From Minisyncoccota bacterium (GTDB lineage Bacteria; Patescibacteriota; Minisyncoccia; Phycocordibacterales; UBA9973): a stretch of DNA of 64,000 nt. How positions within the stretch are numbered: position 1 is the first letter of the stretch; each line of letters starts with the position of its first letter. Under the pieces are notes generated by a model that was not told the origin of the DNA, ran no database searches, and saw only the letters and a program-made list of their open reading frames with translations. The DNA lies in contig JBAYKD010000001.1 of NCBI GenBank assembly GCA_041664745.1, forward strand, positions 106,551 to 170,550. Reading direction: 5' to 3'. This document shows positions 36,292-46,654 of this stretch, one piece after another. Made by a program: the position numbers and the translations under genes.

Positions 36292-37668
36292 TTACCATCC
36301 AAACTCTTTTCCTACGTCTTCAGGAGATTCTCTTTTACGAGCGACAACAATGTGGCCGTTTTCGGCAATTATTTTTATTGGAGATGAAAGCATACAATGA
36401 TGGGAGGCTAGAGCATCCTGATAAGCACCAGTGTCGAAGAATACTACATAGAATGGTTCATTGGCATTATAGTCATAGTCTGGTAATGTTACAGATCCAT
36501 TTATACCTGTATAGACGTCATCAGAATCACAACTAGATCCAGAAATCCAAACATCATTCAACTCACCATCTAGCTTATTATTCACAGGAGCGACGGACCA
36601 CTTCTGGTCTATAGCCCAAGTATCAATAAGATCATTCATAAGAGAGCCGTCTATCACATACCACTTCTTAGCATCAATACCTTTGTGAACAATTTTCTTT
36701 GTATCTATAACTTTGAAAATTGTGATTTGTGCTGGTGCAACCATGTATCTACCCCATTCACAAATAAGATTTGGATTTGGCATACCCCTCTTCTCTGATT
36801 CTTTCTTAAGAAGCTGTAAAAGCTTTTCAAGTATTTTATCCGCTGGGTATTTCTTATTTCTTTCAAAAGGTATTGGCATCCCGCCGCCTATATCAAGAGT
36901 GTCTAGAGTAGGATTATTTTCTTTCAATTTGAAGTAAACATTTAATGCATATTTGGTTGTCTCTATTAAATCAGAGAGTTTTTCTATTTTACCGATTCGA
37001 TAATGAAGAACTTTCAAATTTTTAAATGAAGACATCTTCAAAATTTCATTGCGACTAAAACCAAATCTATCTATTTCTTTATTCCAATTTGTTTTTGACT
37101 TTACGGGAATATCAAGTCTTATGCCAACATCATATTTGGAATTTTGGAAAGTTTTCAATTCGTTTGGTCCCTCAATTACCGGCACAACTTTCAATCCTCT
37201 ATGCTGAAGTTCGTCTATTAGATTTATGTATTTGTCTGTCTTAGGACCATTACAAAGAATCCTCATCTTCTCATTAAAAGATTCTTGTTCTAGCATTTTC
37301 TTCACAATATATAATTCATTATAAGAAGCAGTCTCTATATTTGCACCTTCTCCAACAACCGCTTGAACCACCTCCTTTGTCTGATTACTCTTCATAGGAT
37401 AGTGATAATAAAATTTGCCTTGATATTTATGTTTTTTAATAAGAGATTGAGCCAAGTCTAGCAAATCTTCGACTCTTTCTTCAATGATGAATGGGAAAAG
37501 TATCTCAAGGGAAGTTCCAAACTTCTCTGCTAAGTAACGAATATTGTAGACATTATTTCCTTCTTTGGCGATTAAATCCCCTTCTTTGTTGAAATCAAAA
37601 TATTGAGTATTGAAATCATTTATCCCCAGCTTCCAAAGTTTTCTGGAAGTGATTGAACGTTTGGTCAT
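36292..37668 (-). CDS. speA: PLP-dependent group IV decarboxylase, probable arginine decarboxylase
   Basis: YPMKSNQ (PLP Lys), CNGPK, DIGGG, EWGR, SCDSDD, GAYQ; clustered with agmatinase. Confidence 0.8.
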   Translation of the reverse strand: MTKRSITSRKLWKLGINDFNTQYFDFNKEGDLIAKEGNNVYNIRYLAEKFGTSLEILFPFIIEERVEDLLDLAQSLIKKHKYQGKFYYHYPMKSNQTKEVVQAVVGEGANIETASYNELYIVKKMLEQESFNEKMRILCNGPKTDKYINLIDELQHRGLKVVPVIEGPNELKTFQNSKYDVGIRLDIPVKSKTNWNKEIDRFGFSRNEILKMSSFKNLKVLHYRIGKIEKLSDLIETTKYALNVYFKLKENNPTLDTLDIGGGMPIPFERNKKYPADKILEKLLQLLKKESEKRGMPNPNLICEWGRYMVAPAQITIFKVIDTKKIVHKGIDAKKWYVIDGSLMNDLIDTWAIDQKWSVAPVNNKLDGELNDVWISGSSCDSDDVYTGINGSVTLPDYDYNANEPFYVVFFDTGAYQDALASHHCMLSSPIKIIAENGHIVVARKRESPEDVGKEFGW

Positions 37669-37755
37669 TTCTTTTTATCAAGCATTCATGAGCTCTGCCT
37701 GTAATAAAATAATAATATTGACAATCATAGCAAAATTATGGGATTTGTAAAGAAA

Positions 37756-38844
37756 TTATAATCCTTCTTCTTTGAGTTTCTCTATGGCTTCCTTTGTTTT
37801 GCGTGATAGCTTGGTTGGCATGTTTATTTGGATGTGGATGATTATGTCGCCTCTACCGCGTGTTGTTGGCACTCCTTGACCTCGAACGCGAAGCATTTCG
37901 CCATTGTTTATACCTTCTGGAATTTTTACTTCTATATTTTTATTATCAAGAGTTTTCAGATTATAAGTCATCCCAAGAAGTGCGTCAGTGAGCTTTATAT
38001 TTAAATCCATTGTTAGATTCAAATCATCTCTTGTATAAAGAGAATGCTTTTTAACATTTAATTTGATATACAAGTCGCCATTCTCTCCACCTTTGATTGA
38101 TTCACCCTTACCTCGAACTCGAAGAGATTCACCATTATTCACTCCACTAGGAATCTTTACGCTTATATCTTCATTTGTTTTAAGTACCCCAGCACCGCGA
38201 CAATTGCTACATTTTTCAGATGGAATTTTCCCAACTCCTCCACAATTCTCACAAGTTTTCGTCGTGGCAAAGTTTCCAAGTATTGAACGTCTGACTTCAC
38301 GTATTTGCCCTTGCCCATCACAGACAGTACAGATATTCATCTTGGTACCTACCTTGGCACCTGTGCCGTTACAAATATTACAGACTGATTGTTTGTTTAA
38401 ATTTATTTTCTTTTCTATTCCAAAAATAGATTCTTCAAAAGAAAGATCAACACTAGTTTGTAAGTCTCTTCCTTTTTTTGTTTTCTGTCGGGCGCGTCCA
38501 CCTCCGAAGAAGTCTCCAAAGATATCACCAAGGTCGCCCATATCAAATTCCATTCCACCATTCTGTGCACGAGTGAAGTCGAAACCTCCAAAGCCTCCTT
38601 GACCCCCGAACCCTTGGCCACCGAAGCCCTGAGGCCCATCAGCATTACCAAATTGGTCGAAAGAGGCTCTCTTCTTATCATCTGAGAGTACTTGGTAGGC
38701 TTCATTTACTTCTTTGAATTTAGTATCGTCTCCTTTATTTTTATCTGGATGATGAACATGAGCAAGCTTATGAAAAGCTTTCTTTATTTCTTCTTTTGAA
38801 GCATTTTTCTCTACTCCTAGTGTTTTGTAATAATCTTTGGACAT
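37756..38844 (-). CDS. dnaJ: Chaperone DnaJ
   Basis: HPD J-domain, G/F region, four CxxCxGxG repeats. Confidence 0.97.
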   Translation of the reverse strand: MSKDYYKTLGVEKNASKEEIKKAFHKLAHVHHPDKNKGDDTKFKEVNEAYQVLSDDKKRASFDQFGNADGPQGFGGQGFGGQGGFGGFDFTRAQNGGMEFDMGDLGDIFGDFFGGGRARQKTKKGRDLQTSVDLSFEESIFGIEKKINLNKQSVCNICNGTGAKVGTKMNICTVCDGQGQIREVRRSILGNFATTKTCENCGGVGKIPSEKCSNCRGAGVLKTNEDISVKIPSGVNNGESLRVRGKGESIKGGENGDLYIKLNVKKHSLYTRDDLNLTMDLNIKLTDALLGMTYNLKTLDNKNIEVKIPEGINNGEMLRVRGQGVPTTRGRGDIIIHIQINMPTKLSRKTKEAIEKLKEEGL

Positions 38845-38847
38845 GTT

Positions 38848-40743
38848 TTATTTTTGTTCTGGATTCTCATTTACTTCTGCGTCTTTGATTTCTGGTTCTT
38901 GAGCCTCTGGTGTAGGATTTGCGCCTTCTTCTGGTGCAGCACCTGCTTTACTCATAGCTTCACCGATCTTAGACATTTCAGCGGAAAGTTCTTCTGTTGC
39001 CTTCTTAATAGCTTCCATATCACCGCCATCTTTGGCAGTTTTTAGAGCGGTTATTTTATTTTCTATTTCAGTCTTTATCTCTGGAGTTACTTTGTCACCA
39101 TATTCTTTGACAGATTTTTCGGCAGTAAAGATCATCATTTCCGCTGTATTTTTATGATCTGCTAATTCTTTTTTCTTTACATCCTCATCGGCATGAGCTT
39201 CTGCTTCATCACGCATCTTCTTGATATCAGCTTCTGTAAGTCCAGAACTTGCTTCAATACGGATTGATTGAACTTTTCCGGAAGCTTTATCCATGGCTTT
39301 CACATTTAGAATTCCGTTAGCATCTACATCAAATGTAACTTCCACTTGAGGAATACCGCGAGGTGAAGGCGGAATACCATCTAAAATAAATCGCCCGAGT
39401 GACTTGTTATCACTTGCCATTGGACGTTCACCTTGAGTGATGTGAATTTCTACACTCGTCTGATTATCGGCTGCAGTTGAGAATATTTGTGACTTAGAGG
39501 ATGGAATTGTCGTATTTCTTTCCACTAGCTTTGTGGCTACTCCACCCAAAGTTTCAATACCTAGGGATAATGGAATAACATCAAGGAGAAGAACGTCACG
39601 TACGTCACCCTGCAAGACTCCTGCTTGGACAGCCGCACCAAGTGCTACAACTTCATCTGGATTAATAGAACGATTTGGTTCTTTACCAAATAAATTCTTC
39701 ACAGCTTCGACGATCATTGGCATTCTCGTCTGACCTCCTACCAATATTATCTCGTTGATTTCATTCATCTTGAATGGAGAAGCTTCAAGTGCTCTCTTTG
39801 TTATTTCAATAGAGCGAGTAACATATTCTTCTGCTAGAGATTCTAGAACGGCACGAGACATCTTCAAAAGCAAATGTTTTGGACCTGAAGCATCAGAAGT
39901 AATGAATGGAATATTTATTTCTGAATCAGTTGTAGTTGAAAGTTCATGTTTTGTCTTCTCCGCAGCCTCTTTTAGACGTTGCAATGCAAGCATATCTTTC
40001 GTAACGTCAATACCAGACTCTTTCTTGTATTCATCAGCAATCCACTTTACGATCTTTTGATCAATATCTTCACCACCCATGTGTGAGTCACCATCTGTAG
40101 ACTTCACTTCGATAACATCATCTCCAACTTCAAGAACTGAAACATCAAATGTTCCTCCTCCAAAGTCGTAAACAACAATCTTCTCATTCTTCTTTGTATT
40201 GAATCCATATGCAAGAGCAGCGGCTGTAGGCTCGTTGATAATTCTCTTTACATCAAGCCCTGCGATAACTCCAGCATCTTTCGTAGCTTTTCTTTGAGCA
40301 TCGTTGAAGTAAGCTGGCACAGTAATAACAGCTTCAGTAATCTTTTCACCCAATTTTGCTTCTACATCTGCTTTAATCTTACTTAGAATCATTGCAGAAA
40401 TTTCTTCTGGACGAAGTAATTTATCTGCTAGCTTTACTTCTACACCACCAGTACTTCCTTTTTGAATTTTGTAAGGAATTGTTTTCTCGTCTTTCTGAAT
40501 TTCTGGATCGTCATACATATGACCAACGAAACGCTTAATACCATAAACGGTATTTTCAGGATTCGTTACAGCTTGACGCTTTGCAAGCATTCCTACCATT
40601 CTGTCGCCATTTTTTGTAACAGCAACAACCGACGGAGTCGTTCTCGCACCCTCGATATTCTCTATAATTTTTGGCTGACCTCCTTCTATGATAGCCACTG
40701 CACTATTTGTTGTACCCAAATCTATTCCTATTATTTTTGACAT
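38848..40743 (-). CDS. dnaK: Chaperone DnaK
   Basis: [39 protein letters not shown]. Confidence 0.98.
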   Translation of the reverse strand: MSKIIGIDLGTTNSAVAIIEGGQPKIIENIEGARTTPSVVAVTKNGDRMVGMLAKRQAVTNPENTVYGIKRFVGHMYDDPEIQKDEKTIPYKIQKGSTGGVEVKLADKLLRPEEISAMILSKIKADVEAKLGEKITEAVITVPAYFNDAQRKATKDAGVIAGLDVKRIINEPTAAALAYGFNTKKNEKIVVYDFGGGTFDVSVLEVGDDVIEVKSTDGDSHMGGEDIDQKIVKWIADEYKKESGIDVTKDMLALQRLKEAAEKTKHELSTTTDSEINIPFITSDASGPKHLLLKMSRAVLESLAEEYVTRSIEITKRALEASPFKMNEINEIILVGGQTRMPMIVEAVKNLFGKEPNRSINPDEVVALGAAVQAGVLQGDVRDVLLLDVIPLSLGIETLGGVATKLVERNTTIPSSKSQIFSTAADNQTSVEIHITQGERPMASDNKSLGRFILDGIPPSPRGIPQVEVTFDVDANGILNVKAMDKASGKVQSIRIEASSGLTEADIKKMRDEAEAHADEDVKKKELADHKNTAEMMIFTAEKSVKEYGDKVTPEIKTEIENKITALKTAKDGGDMEAIKKATEELSAEMSKIGEAMSKAGAAPEEGANPTPEAQEPEIKDAEVNENPEQK

Positions 40744-40831
40744 ATTTATTTTATATAATTAACTAATAATTTTTGATAATAAAATTGACCTTCTAATTTT
40801 CAAACTTTCTATAGTATACACTTACATTATG

Positions 40832-40873
40832 TATTTAACAAGTATTTGGTGACCACGAAATACTTGTTGAATA
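40832..40873. promoter_or_regulatory. 16-bp inverted repeat covering the -35 boxes of the divergent dnaK and PaaX-like promoters
   Basis: TATTTAACAAGTATTT-N10-AAATACTTGTTGAATA; TTGAAT-N17-TACACT on +, TTGTTA-N17-TATACT on -. Confidence 0.6.
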
Positions 40874-40904
40874 TTATATTTATTTATGATACACTGTCAA
40901 TACT

Positions 40905-41432
40905 ATGAAAAAGCGTGATTTTTCAAGGAAAATTATAAAAATTCTATCGGAAAGACCGGCAGTTTCTGTTCCAGAATTGGAAGAAAGGATTGTTTTAGAC
41001 AAAGAAAGCCAATACGCTCTATCTCGCTCTATAAAGAGCCTTAAGGATGCTGGATTGATAGAAAATGTCTATTCTGGTCAGAATCATTATGCCAAACTTA
41101 CCAAAGAAGGTAGGAAGAAGGCCAATAACCTCAAACTTGAATGTGAGAATGCTATTATAAGTAATACTTGGGATGGCTACTGGCGAATAATACTTCTAGA
41201 TATTCCAGAGGAAAGAAAAAGCGAACGCGAAGCTCTCCGCTACCTACTTAAGAAAGCAGGCTTCGCCTGCTTGAAAAATTCTGTCTGGATATCTATGTAC
41301 CCTTTCGAACATTTATTCACAAATATTAAAAAAGATCTAAACCTCTCAACTGAACTTATAATAATCGTCACCGACAAAATCGATAAAGAAACCGAAAAAG
41401 AATTTTTTACACTTTGTGGAATTCAAAAATAG
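40905..41432 (+). CDS. PaaX-like regulator (wHTH + Cas2-like domain)
   Basis: AKLTKEG, WDGYWRIILLDIPE...REALRYLLKKAGF..LKNSVWI. Confidence 0.85.
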   Translation: MKKRDFSRKIIKILSERPAVSVPELEERIVLDKESQYALSRSIKSLKDAGLIENVYSGQNHYAKLTKEGRKKANNLKLECENAIISNTWDGYWRIILLDIPEERKSEREALRYLLKKAGFACLKNSVWISMYPFEHLFTNIKKDLNLSTELIIIVTDKIDKETEKEFFTLCGIQK

Positions 41433-42042
41433 TTACTTTTGCGGGACGTATAACTCTTTCTCCTATTTTGTATCCTATTTGTAAAACCTTAGCTACTGTG
41501 TGGTCTTTCTCTTCGTCGTCTGTCGCAACGACGCTTATAGACTGATGAATACTTGGATCGAAGGAGACTTCTATTTCATAAATCTTTTCAATTCCTGATT
41601 TTTCTAATCCAGAGAGAAGTTGTTGATATATAGAAGTGATGCCATCTTGCCAATCCTTATCTATTTTCTCCCAGTGTTCTTTATTTGAAAATGCCATCTC
41701 AAAGCTATCAAGTGCAGGAAGAAGCTTATCTACCATTTTCTCACGAGTTAAAATTGAAATATTTATACGAGATTGATCTAATTCTTTTTGTAAATTCACA
41801 TAGTCCGCCTTCGCTCTCTGCCAGCCAGTCAAATATTCCTCCTTTTCTTTTCTTAAGGTTTTTATCTCTTCACGAAGCTTTTTCGCTACATCTTTCGTCG
41901 GTAATGCCTCTCCATCTTCTGTGCTATCTACGAATTTCAAATCCTCAAAATCATCCAATTCAATCGGGTCATTTAAATCATTACCGCTATTTTCAGTTTT
42001 TGGATTTTTCTCTTCCTCTTTTATAATATCTTCATCATTCAT
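41407..42042 (-). CDS. grpE: Nucleotide exchange factor GrpE
   Basis: RAKADYVN, LLPALDSFE, FDPSIH, GYKIGERVIRPAKV. Confidence 0.95.
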   Translation of the reverse strand: MNDEDIIKEEEKNPKTENSGNDLNDPIELDDFEDLKFVDSTEDGEALPTKDVAKKLREEIKTLRKEKEEYLTGWQRAKADYVNLQKELDQSRINISILTREKMVDKLLPALDSFEMAFSNKEHWEKIDKDWQDGITSIYQQLLSGLEKSGIEKIYEIEVSFDPSIHQSISVVATDDEEKDHTVAKVLQIGYKIGERVIRPAKVTIFEFHKV

Positions 42043-42098
42043 ACCCTTAGTATACAAAAAATCAGACTTTTTTCAAAGTATGATTTTTTTGATTTAAA

Positions 42099-42704
42099 TT
42101 ATCTATTTTTAGGAGTCCAAATATTTTCCCACCATTCTGAAACCTTGCCTTCCAATATTTCTTTGCCGAGATTTTTAGCTGATTCAGTTTTTAAATTTTT
42201 ATACTGAGCATTTATATGATTATCCTTTCCTTTTCCAGATAGCCAAATTTCTGCTTCATGATTACCTTGATGAGCGTATTCTTTTAATAAAAGTATTTGG
42301 TCGAGCAAGTCTGCATCTTTGGCAATAATAGCCTCTTTACTTTTCCTCTCTTCAAATTCTTTATCTATCTCATAAAGATCACCAAATGGTAAATCAGCAA
42401 GCTGATCTTTCGATATTTCATCCTCAAATATTTTCACATATTTCTTATGAATATAGTTATGGTCCCCACTTCGGACTTCTTTCACATCATGAAGAAAGGC
42501 CATCATCATCGTTTTATATGGATCGGCTTTTTCTAATTTGGCCAAGAACCAAGCAATTAAAGACACACGATACGAATGAGTGGCAATATTATCCGACAAA
42601 TCTTGAGACAAAAGCACCTGCTGATGTATTCTAGGAAGCTTCCTCATAGTCCCCACTTCAAATAAAAAGTTTACAATTTGTTTATTTTTATCATCTTTTT
42701 TCAT
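42099..42704 (-). CDS. HD-domain phosphohydrolase (YfbR/HDDC2-like)
   Basis: NIATHSYRV, FLHD, KDADLLD. Confidence 0.85.
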   Translation of the reverse strand: MKKDDKNKQIVNFLFEVGTMRKLPRIHQQVLLSQDLSDNIATHSYRVSLIAWFLAKLEKADPYKTMMMAFLHDVKEVRSGDHNYIHKKYVKIFEDEISKDQLADLPFGDLYEIDKEFEERKSKEAIIAKDADLLDQILLLKEYAHQGNHEAEIWLSGKGKDNHINAQYKNLKTESAKNLGKEILEGKVSEWWENIWTPKNR

Positions 42705-42736
42705 ACTCCGATTATACAACTTTGGGTATAATAAGC

Positions 42737-42760
42737 AAAAAGCCCCATATGGGGCTTTTT
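42737..42760 (-). terminator. Terminator of the ribosomal protein operon
   Basis: AAAAAGCCCC-ATAT-GGGGCTTTTT. Confidence 0.8.
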
Positions 42761-42767
42761 GTGAGTA

Positions 42768-43181
42768 TTATCTTTTTGACCATTGTGGAGACTTACGAGC
42801 TTTCTTGAGTCCGAATTTCTTTCTTTCAACTTTACGAGGATCGCGCTTAAGCATTTTAGCTTTCTTAAGTACGGAACGTAGTTCAGCATCAAAGAGAACG
42901 AGAGCACGTGAGATACCATGACGAACTGCTTCAGCTTGAGCATGTGATCCACCACCCTTTGTAGTGATGACAACTTCAAACTTCTCAGCTGGTGTCGCTG
43001 TCTCAAATGCACCGGTAATTATCTTCTTCAATTCAGGTGTTGGAAAATATTCTGTAAAATCTTTACCATTTACTACGTAAGTAGTCTTTGCTGCTTTATA
43101 TAAACGGACTACTGCAGTAGCTGTCTTTCTGCGACCGATTGCTCTAAAATATTCTTTTGTTGTTGTTTTTTTGACTGCCAT
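42768..43181 (-). CDS. rpsI: 30S ribosomal protein S9
   Basis: GRRKTA, GGG..AQA, ERKKFGLKKARKSPQWSKR. Confidence 0.97.
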   Translation of the reverse strand: MAVKKTTTKEYFRAIGRRKTATAVVRLYKAAKTTYVVNGKDFTEYFPTPELKKIITGAFETATPAEKFEVVITTKGGGSHAQAEAVRHGISRALVLFDAELRSVLKKAKMLKRDPRKVERKKFGLKKARKSPQWSKR

Positions 43182-43186
43182 AAAAA

Positions 43187-43537
43187 TTATTCAGTTATTG
43201 TTAAACGTTTCATCATTAATGGTCGAAGCTTGTTAGCAGGAAGCATTCCAAAAACTGCAAGTTCATAGAGGCCAATCCAACCCTTCTTCTCTATGATTTT
43301 TGCATTTGTTTTAACTTTGAATCCTCCTGGTTGTCCTGAATAAGTCTCATGTAGAGTCTCATTCATTCGGCGCTCAGTCATCTTCGTTTTCCCTGCATTC
43401 TTGATATAAACTCGAACATCAGCAACTTGGTTCGCTGTGTATGAAGGATCTGTCTTACCCATAAGAGCCTTCGCAGCTCTGCTTGCTACTCGTCCTAATA
43501 CAATTCCTGTCGCATCAATTGTGTGTACTTTTGTCAT
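43187..43537 (-). CDS. rplM: 50S ribosomal protein L13 (short form)
   Basis: IDA..LGRVAS, YSGQPGG, AVFGMLP. Confidence 0.93.
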   Translation of the reverse strand: MTKVHTIDATGIVLGRVASRAAKALMGKTDPSYTANQVADVRVYIKNAGKTKMTERRMNETLHETYSGQPGGFKVKTNAKIIEKKGWIGLYELAVFGMLPANKLRPLMMKRLTITE

Positions 43538-43541
43538 AAAA

Positions 43542-43895
43542 TTATATAAATTCAATTATTGCCATCTTACTTGCATCTCCAAGTCTTCGAGGAAGCTTGG
43601 TTATACGTGTATATCCACCAGCACGACCCTTATACTTTGGAGCTATGGTATTGATTAATTTATTTGCTTCTGCTGTTAAATTATATAAACGTGAAATGAC
43701 TAATCTACGTGATGCAAGTGTACCAACATTTGCCTTAGTAATCATCTTCTCTATTGCAGGACGAAGTTCCTTTGCTTTCGCTTCTGTAGTCTCGATCTTG
43801 CCGTGTGCTATAAGAGCCAACATAAGACCTTTCATTAAGGCATGTTTTTGATTCTTATCTCTTCCAAATTTTCTTACATTATTTCCGTGTCTCAT
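43542..43895 (-). CDS. rplQ: 50S ribosomal protein L17
   Basis: MRH, IETTEAKAKE, GGYTRI. Confidence 0.96.
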   Translation of the reverse strand: MRHGNNVRKFGRDKNQKHALMKGLMLALIAHGKIETTEAKAKELRPAIEKMITKANVGTLASRRLVISRLYNLTAEANKLINTIAPKYKGRAGGYTRITKLPRRLGDASKMAIIEFI

Positions 43896-43915
43896 ATATA
43901 ATTAGTTAATTAATA

Positions 43916-44893
43916 TTATTTAAGTGTTATTTTATATTCTCCAAGAACTTTCTTTATTTCTTGAATACCTTTATCGCCAATACCATCGATTTCTAATAAG
44001 TCTTCCTTTTTCTTGCGAGCAATACCCCCGATAGTACGAATATTTGCATCTGTTAAAGCGTTCAGTGTACGGGTTGAAAATGCTAATGTATCAATACGAG
44101 TCTTTAAAATATCGGTAAATTCATTACCTTCACCCTTATCTTCATTTGATTCATCTTTTGATTTATCAGTTTCCTCTTCTTCTTTAACTACTGACTTACT
44201 TTGAATAGTAAAACCAACAATTGATTGTAATTGTTCTACCATTATTACTATTGATTTCTCAAGAGCTTCACGAGGAGTGAGAGTTCCATCTGTCTCGATA
44301 GTCATACGTAGGCGATTGTGGTTTGTCTTGTCTCCGACACGCATGTTCTCTACTTCATAAGCAACACGACGAATAGGAGTGAAAATAGCATCGAGAGAAA
44401 TTACTCCGACATTATTCTTTTCCTTTTGATGAACATCCTTAGGAACAAAGCCGAGACCTTTCTCAACTGTCATCTCAATAGAAAGACTATCCTTAGTAGT
44501 AATTTCGGCAATATACAAATCTTTGTTAAGAATTTCTACTTGACCACTAACTTTTATATCAGCAGCGGTAACTATTTTAGGTCCTTTTACTGAAAGTTTG
44601 ACAACTTGAGGCTCATCGGTAAGTAAACGAAAACGAATTTGTTTTAAGTGTAATAGTATTGTTATAACGTCTTCTTTTACTCCATCCATTACAGAAAATT
44701 CATGATCTACTCCGTCAATTTTCAGAGTAGTAATAGCAGCACCAGAAAGAGATGAGAGAATGATACGGCGAAGAGAGTTCCCTAGAGTGTGTCCGTACCC
44801 AGGGTAAAGTCCATCTATTTCATAGACACCTTTTGTGCCTACTTCAGAGACGATAGATAATTTGGATGGTAATATGATATTTAAATCAGACAT
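43916..44893 (-). CDS. rpoA: RNA polymerase subunit alpha
   Basis: GYGHTLGNSLRRIILSS, HEFS, DAIFTP, alpha-CTD. Confidence 0.97.
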   Translation of the reverse strand: MSDLNIILPSKLSIVSEVGTKGVYEIDGLYPGYGHTLGNSLRRIILSSLSGAAITTLKIDGVDHEFSVMDGVKEDVITILLHLKQIRFRLLTDEPQVVKLSVKGPKIVTAADIKVSGQVEILNKDLYIAEITTKDSLSIEMTVEKGLGFVPKDVHQKEKNNVGVISLDAIFTPIRRVAYEVENMRVGDKTNHNRLRMTIETDGTLTPREALEKSIVIMVEQLQSIVGFTIQSKSVVKEEEETDKSKDESNEDKGEGNEFTDILKTRIDTLAFSTRTLNALTDANIRTIGGIARKKKEDLLEIDGIGDKGIQEIKKVLGEYKITLK

Positions 44894-44958
44894 ATGATAT
44901 TTGCGAGGAGACCCCGCAATAAAAATTATTTATTAAAATTAACCATACGCTAGTAATG

Positions 44959-45567
44959 TTAACGACTATAAAATTCAAGCACTGTGTTTAAATCAAGGAA
45001 ACCTTCTACATTCTTTGGCTTGCCAACGACTGACCCAGTCAAAGTTTCTGCATTAAAAGTAAGCCAGTTTGGAGCTGTATATTCTTTTGATTTCTTTACC
45101 ATATCTGCAAATAATACACTCTTCTGACTGCCAAGGCGTACAGAGATCACATCTCCCATTTTAACGCGTAGGGATGGAACTGTAGTTTTCTTGCCATTTA
45201 CTGTTATATGACCATGAGATGTCATTTGTCTGGATAGACGACGAGTATGAGCGAGTCCTAGTCTGTAAGCAACGTTATCAAGTCTTGTTTCAAGTAATTC
45301 GAAAAGGTATTCTGTCGCAACTGTTCCCTTGTGAGAAACTGCTTCCTTAACATAGTTAGAGAATTGCTTTTCACTTATGTTGTACATAAAACGAACCTTT
45401 TGCTTCTCTACGAACTGTAAAGCATAACCTGAAAGAACTTTCGGTCTCTTGTTTTTGGAATTCTTTAAATGGCGAGCTTCAGAAGCAACGAATTTAGCTG
45501 TCTGGCATTTTTCAAATACTCCAGCACCTAATCTTCTACCTATTTTGTATTTTTTTGCGATTTTCAT
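44959..45567 (-). CDS. rpsD: 30S ribosomal protein S4
   Basis: EKQK, LETRLDN, SHGH, EFYSR. Confidence 0.96.
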   Translation of the reverse strand: MKIAKKYKIGRRLGAGVFEKCQTAKFVASEARHLKNSKNKRPKVLSGYALQFVEKQKVRFMYNISEKQFSNYVKEAVSHKGTVATEYLFELLETRLDNVAYRLGLAHTRRLSRQMTSHGHITVNGKKTTVPSLRVKMGDVISVRLGSQKSVLFADMVKKSKEYTAPNWLTFNAETLTGSVVGKPKNVEGFLDLNTVLEFYSR

Positions 45568-45579
45568 AATTTTAAATTT

Positions 45580-46038
45580 TTATACTCTACGTGGCTTCTT
45601 AGGTTTTGGTCCATTGTGTGGAACTGGGGTCACATCTCTAACTCCTGATATTTCAATATCATAAGCCATAAATGCCCTTATCGTAGGCTCTCGTCCACTA
45701 CCTACTCCTTTAACTTTGACATCAACTTCTTTTATTCCAAAAGCTTTAGCTTTTTCTCCTACGACAGCTCCGGCCTTGGAAGCAGCAAATGGTGTACCTT
45801 TCTTTGCGCCCTTAAATCCTAGTGAACCTGCGGAAGTAGAAAAGATAGCATTGCCTTCCTTGTCTGAAAGGACAACCTTAGTATTATTAAAAGTAGCTTC
45901 TACGTGTAATGTTCCAGCAACGATTTTCTTCTTTGGAACTTTGACGGCAACTTTAGCTACGTCTTCTGCGACAACAGCATCATCTGCTTTTACAGACTTT
46001 TCTTCTTTTTCTTTATTTATAATTTTTATTTTTCCCAT
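45580..46038 (-). CDS. rpsK: 30S ribosomal protein S11
   Basis: TFNNT, KKGTPFAA, DVTPVPHNG. Confidence 0.96.
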   Translation of the reverse strand: MGKIKIINKEKEEKSVKADDAVVAEDVAKVAVKVPKKKIVAGTLHVEATFNNTKVVLSDKEGNAIFSTSAGSLGFKGAKKGTPFAASKAGAVVGEKAKAFGIKEVDVKVKGVGSGREPTIRAFMAYDIEISGVRDVTPVPHNGPKPKKPRRV

Positions 46039-46048
46039 ATGATATTAA

Positions 46049-46429
46049 TTATGTTTTAGATTCCTTACGGCGACCAGATGCCATTGTCTTTCTTACATTA
46101 CCTCTTATTGTTCTAGAATTTGTCTTTGTTCTCTGACCGTTGACTGGTAAGCGACGCATGTGTCTGACTCCTCGGTATGACTTAATATCTTTCAATCTTT
46201 TTATGTTAGCTGAGATTTCACGCTTTAAAGCTCCTTCGATGGACATTGTCTCTATGACTTTACGGATAGCATTCTCGTCATCAACAGTTAATGCATCGGC
46301 TTTAATATTAGGATCAATATTAACTTCTTTTAAAATTTTACGTGCGCGAGATATGCCTATGCCGTATAGAGCAGTAAGTCCGACGTCTAAATGTTTGTTA
46401 TTAGGGATGTTTATACCAAGAATTCTCAT
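46049..46429 (-). CDS. rpsM: 30S ribosomal protein S13
   Basis: LTALYGIG, YRGVRH, LPVNGQRTKTN. Confidence 0.96.
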   Translation of the reverse strand: MRILGINIPNNKHLDVGLTALYGIGISRARKILKEVNIDPNIKADALTVDDENAIRKVIETMSIEGALKREISANIKRLKDIKSYRGVRHMRRLPVNGQRTKTNSRTIRGNVRKTMASGRRKESKT

Positions 46430-46435
46430 ATATAA

Positions 46436-46546
46436 TTATTGTTTTTGTTTATGTTTAGGATTAGAGCAAATAACACGAAGATGACCTTCTCGTTTTACCA
46501 TTTTGCATTTTGCACAGATTTTTTTGACTGATGATTTTATTTTCAT
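46436..46546 (-). CDS. rpmJ: 50S ribosomal protein L36 (zinc-binding form)
   Basis: Below the ORF-track cutoff; manual translation [36 protein letters not shown], between infA and rpsM. Confidence 0.95.
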   Translation of the reverse strand: MKIKSSVKKICAKCKMVKREGHLRVICSNPKHKQKQ

Positions 46547-46654
46547 ATCATTTTGCTGTTTAAACTAAAGAAAAATAAAGGGTGTATACCCTGTATTTGT
46601 AACTTTTGTATTACCAAATTATATTACACTATTTAAATAAAAATGCAAGAGGTG

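Noticed and set aside
40744-40904. CIRCE heat-shock operator
   Set aside because: No TTAGCACTC-N9-GAGTGCTAA seen before dnaK or grpE.
42056-42092. Inverted repeat before grpE as an operator shared with dnaK
   Set aside because: No sequence similarity to the dnaK inverted repeat; more simply the terminator of the HD-domain gene.
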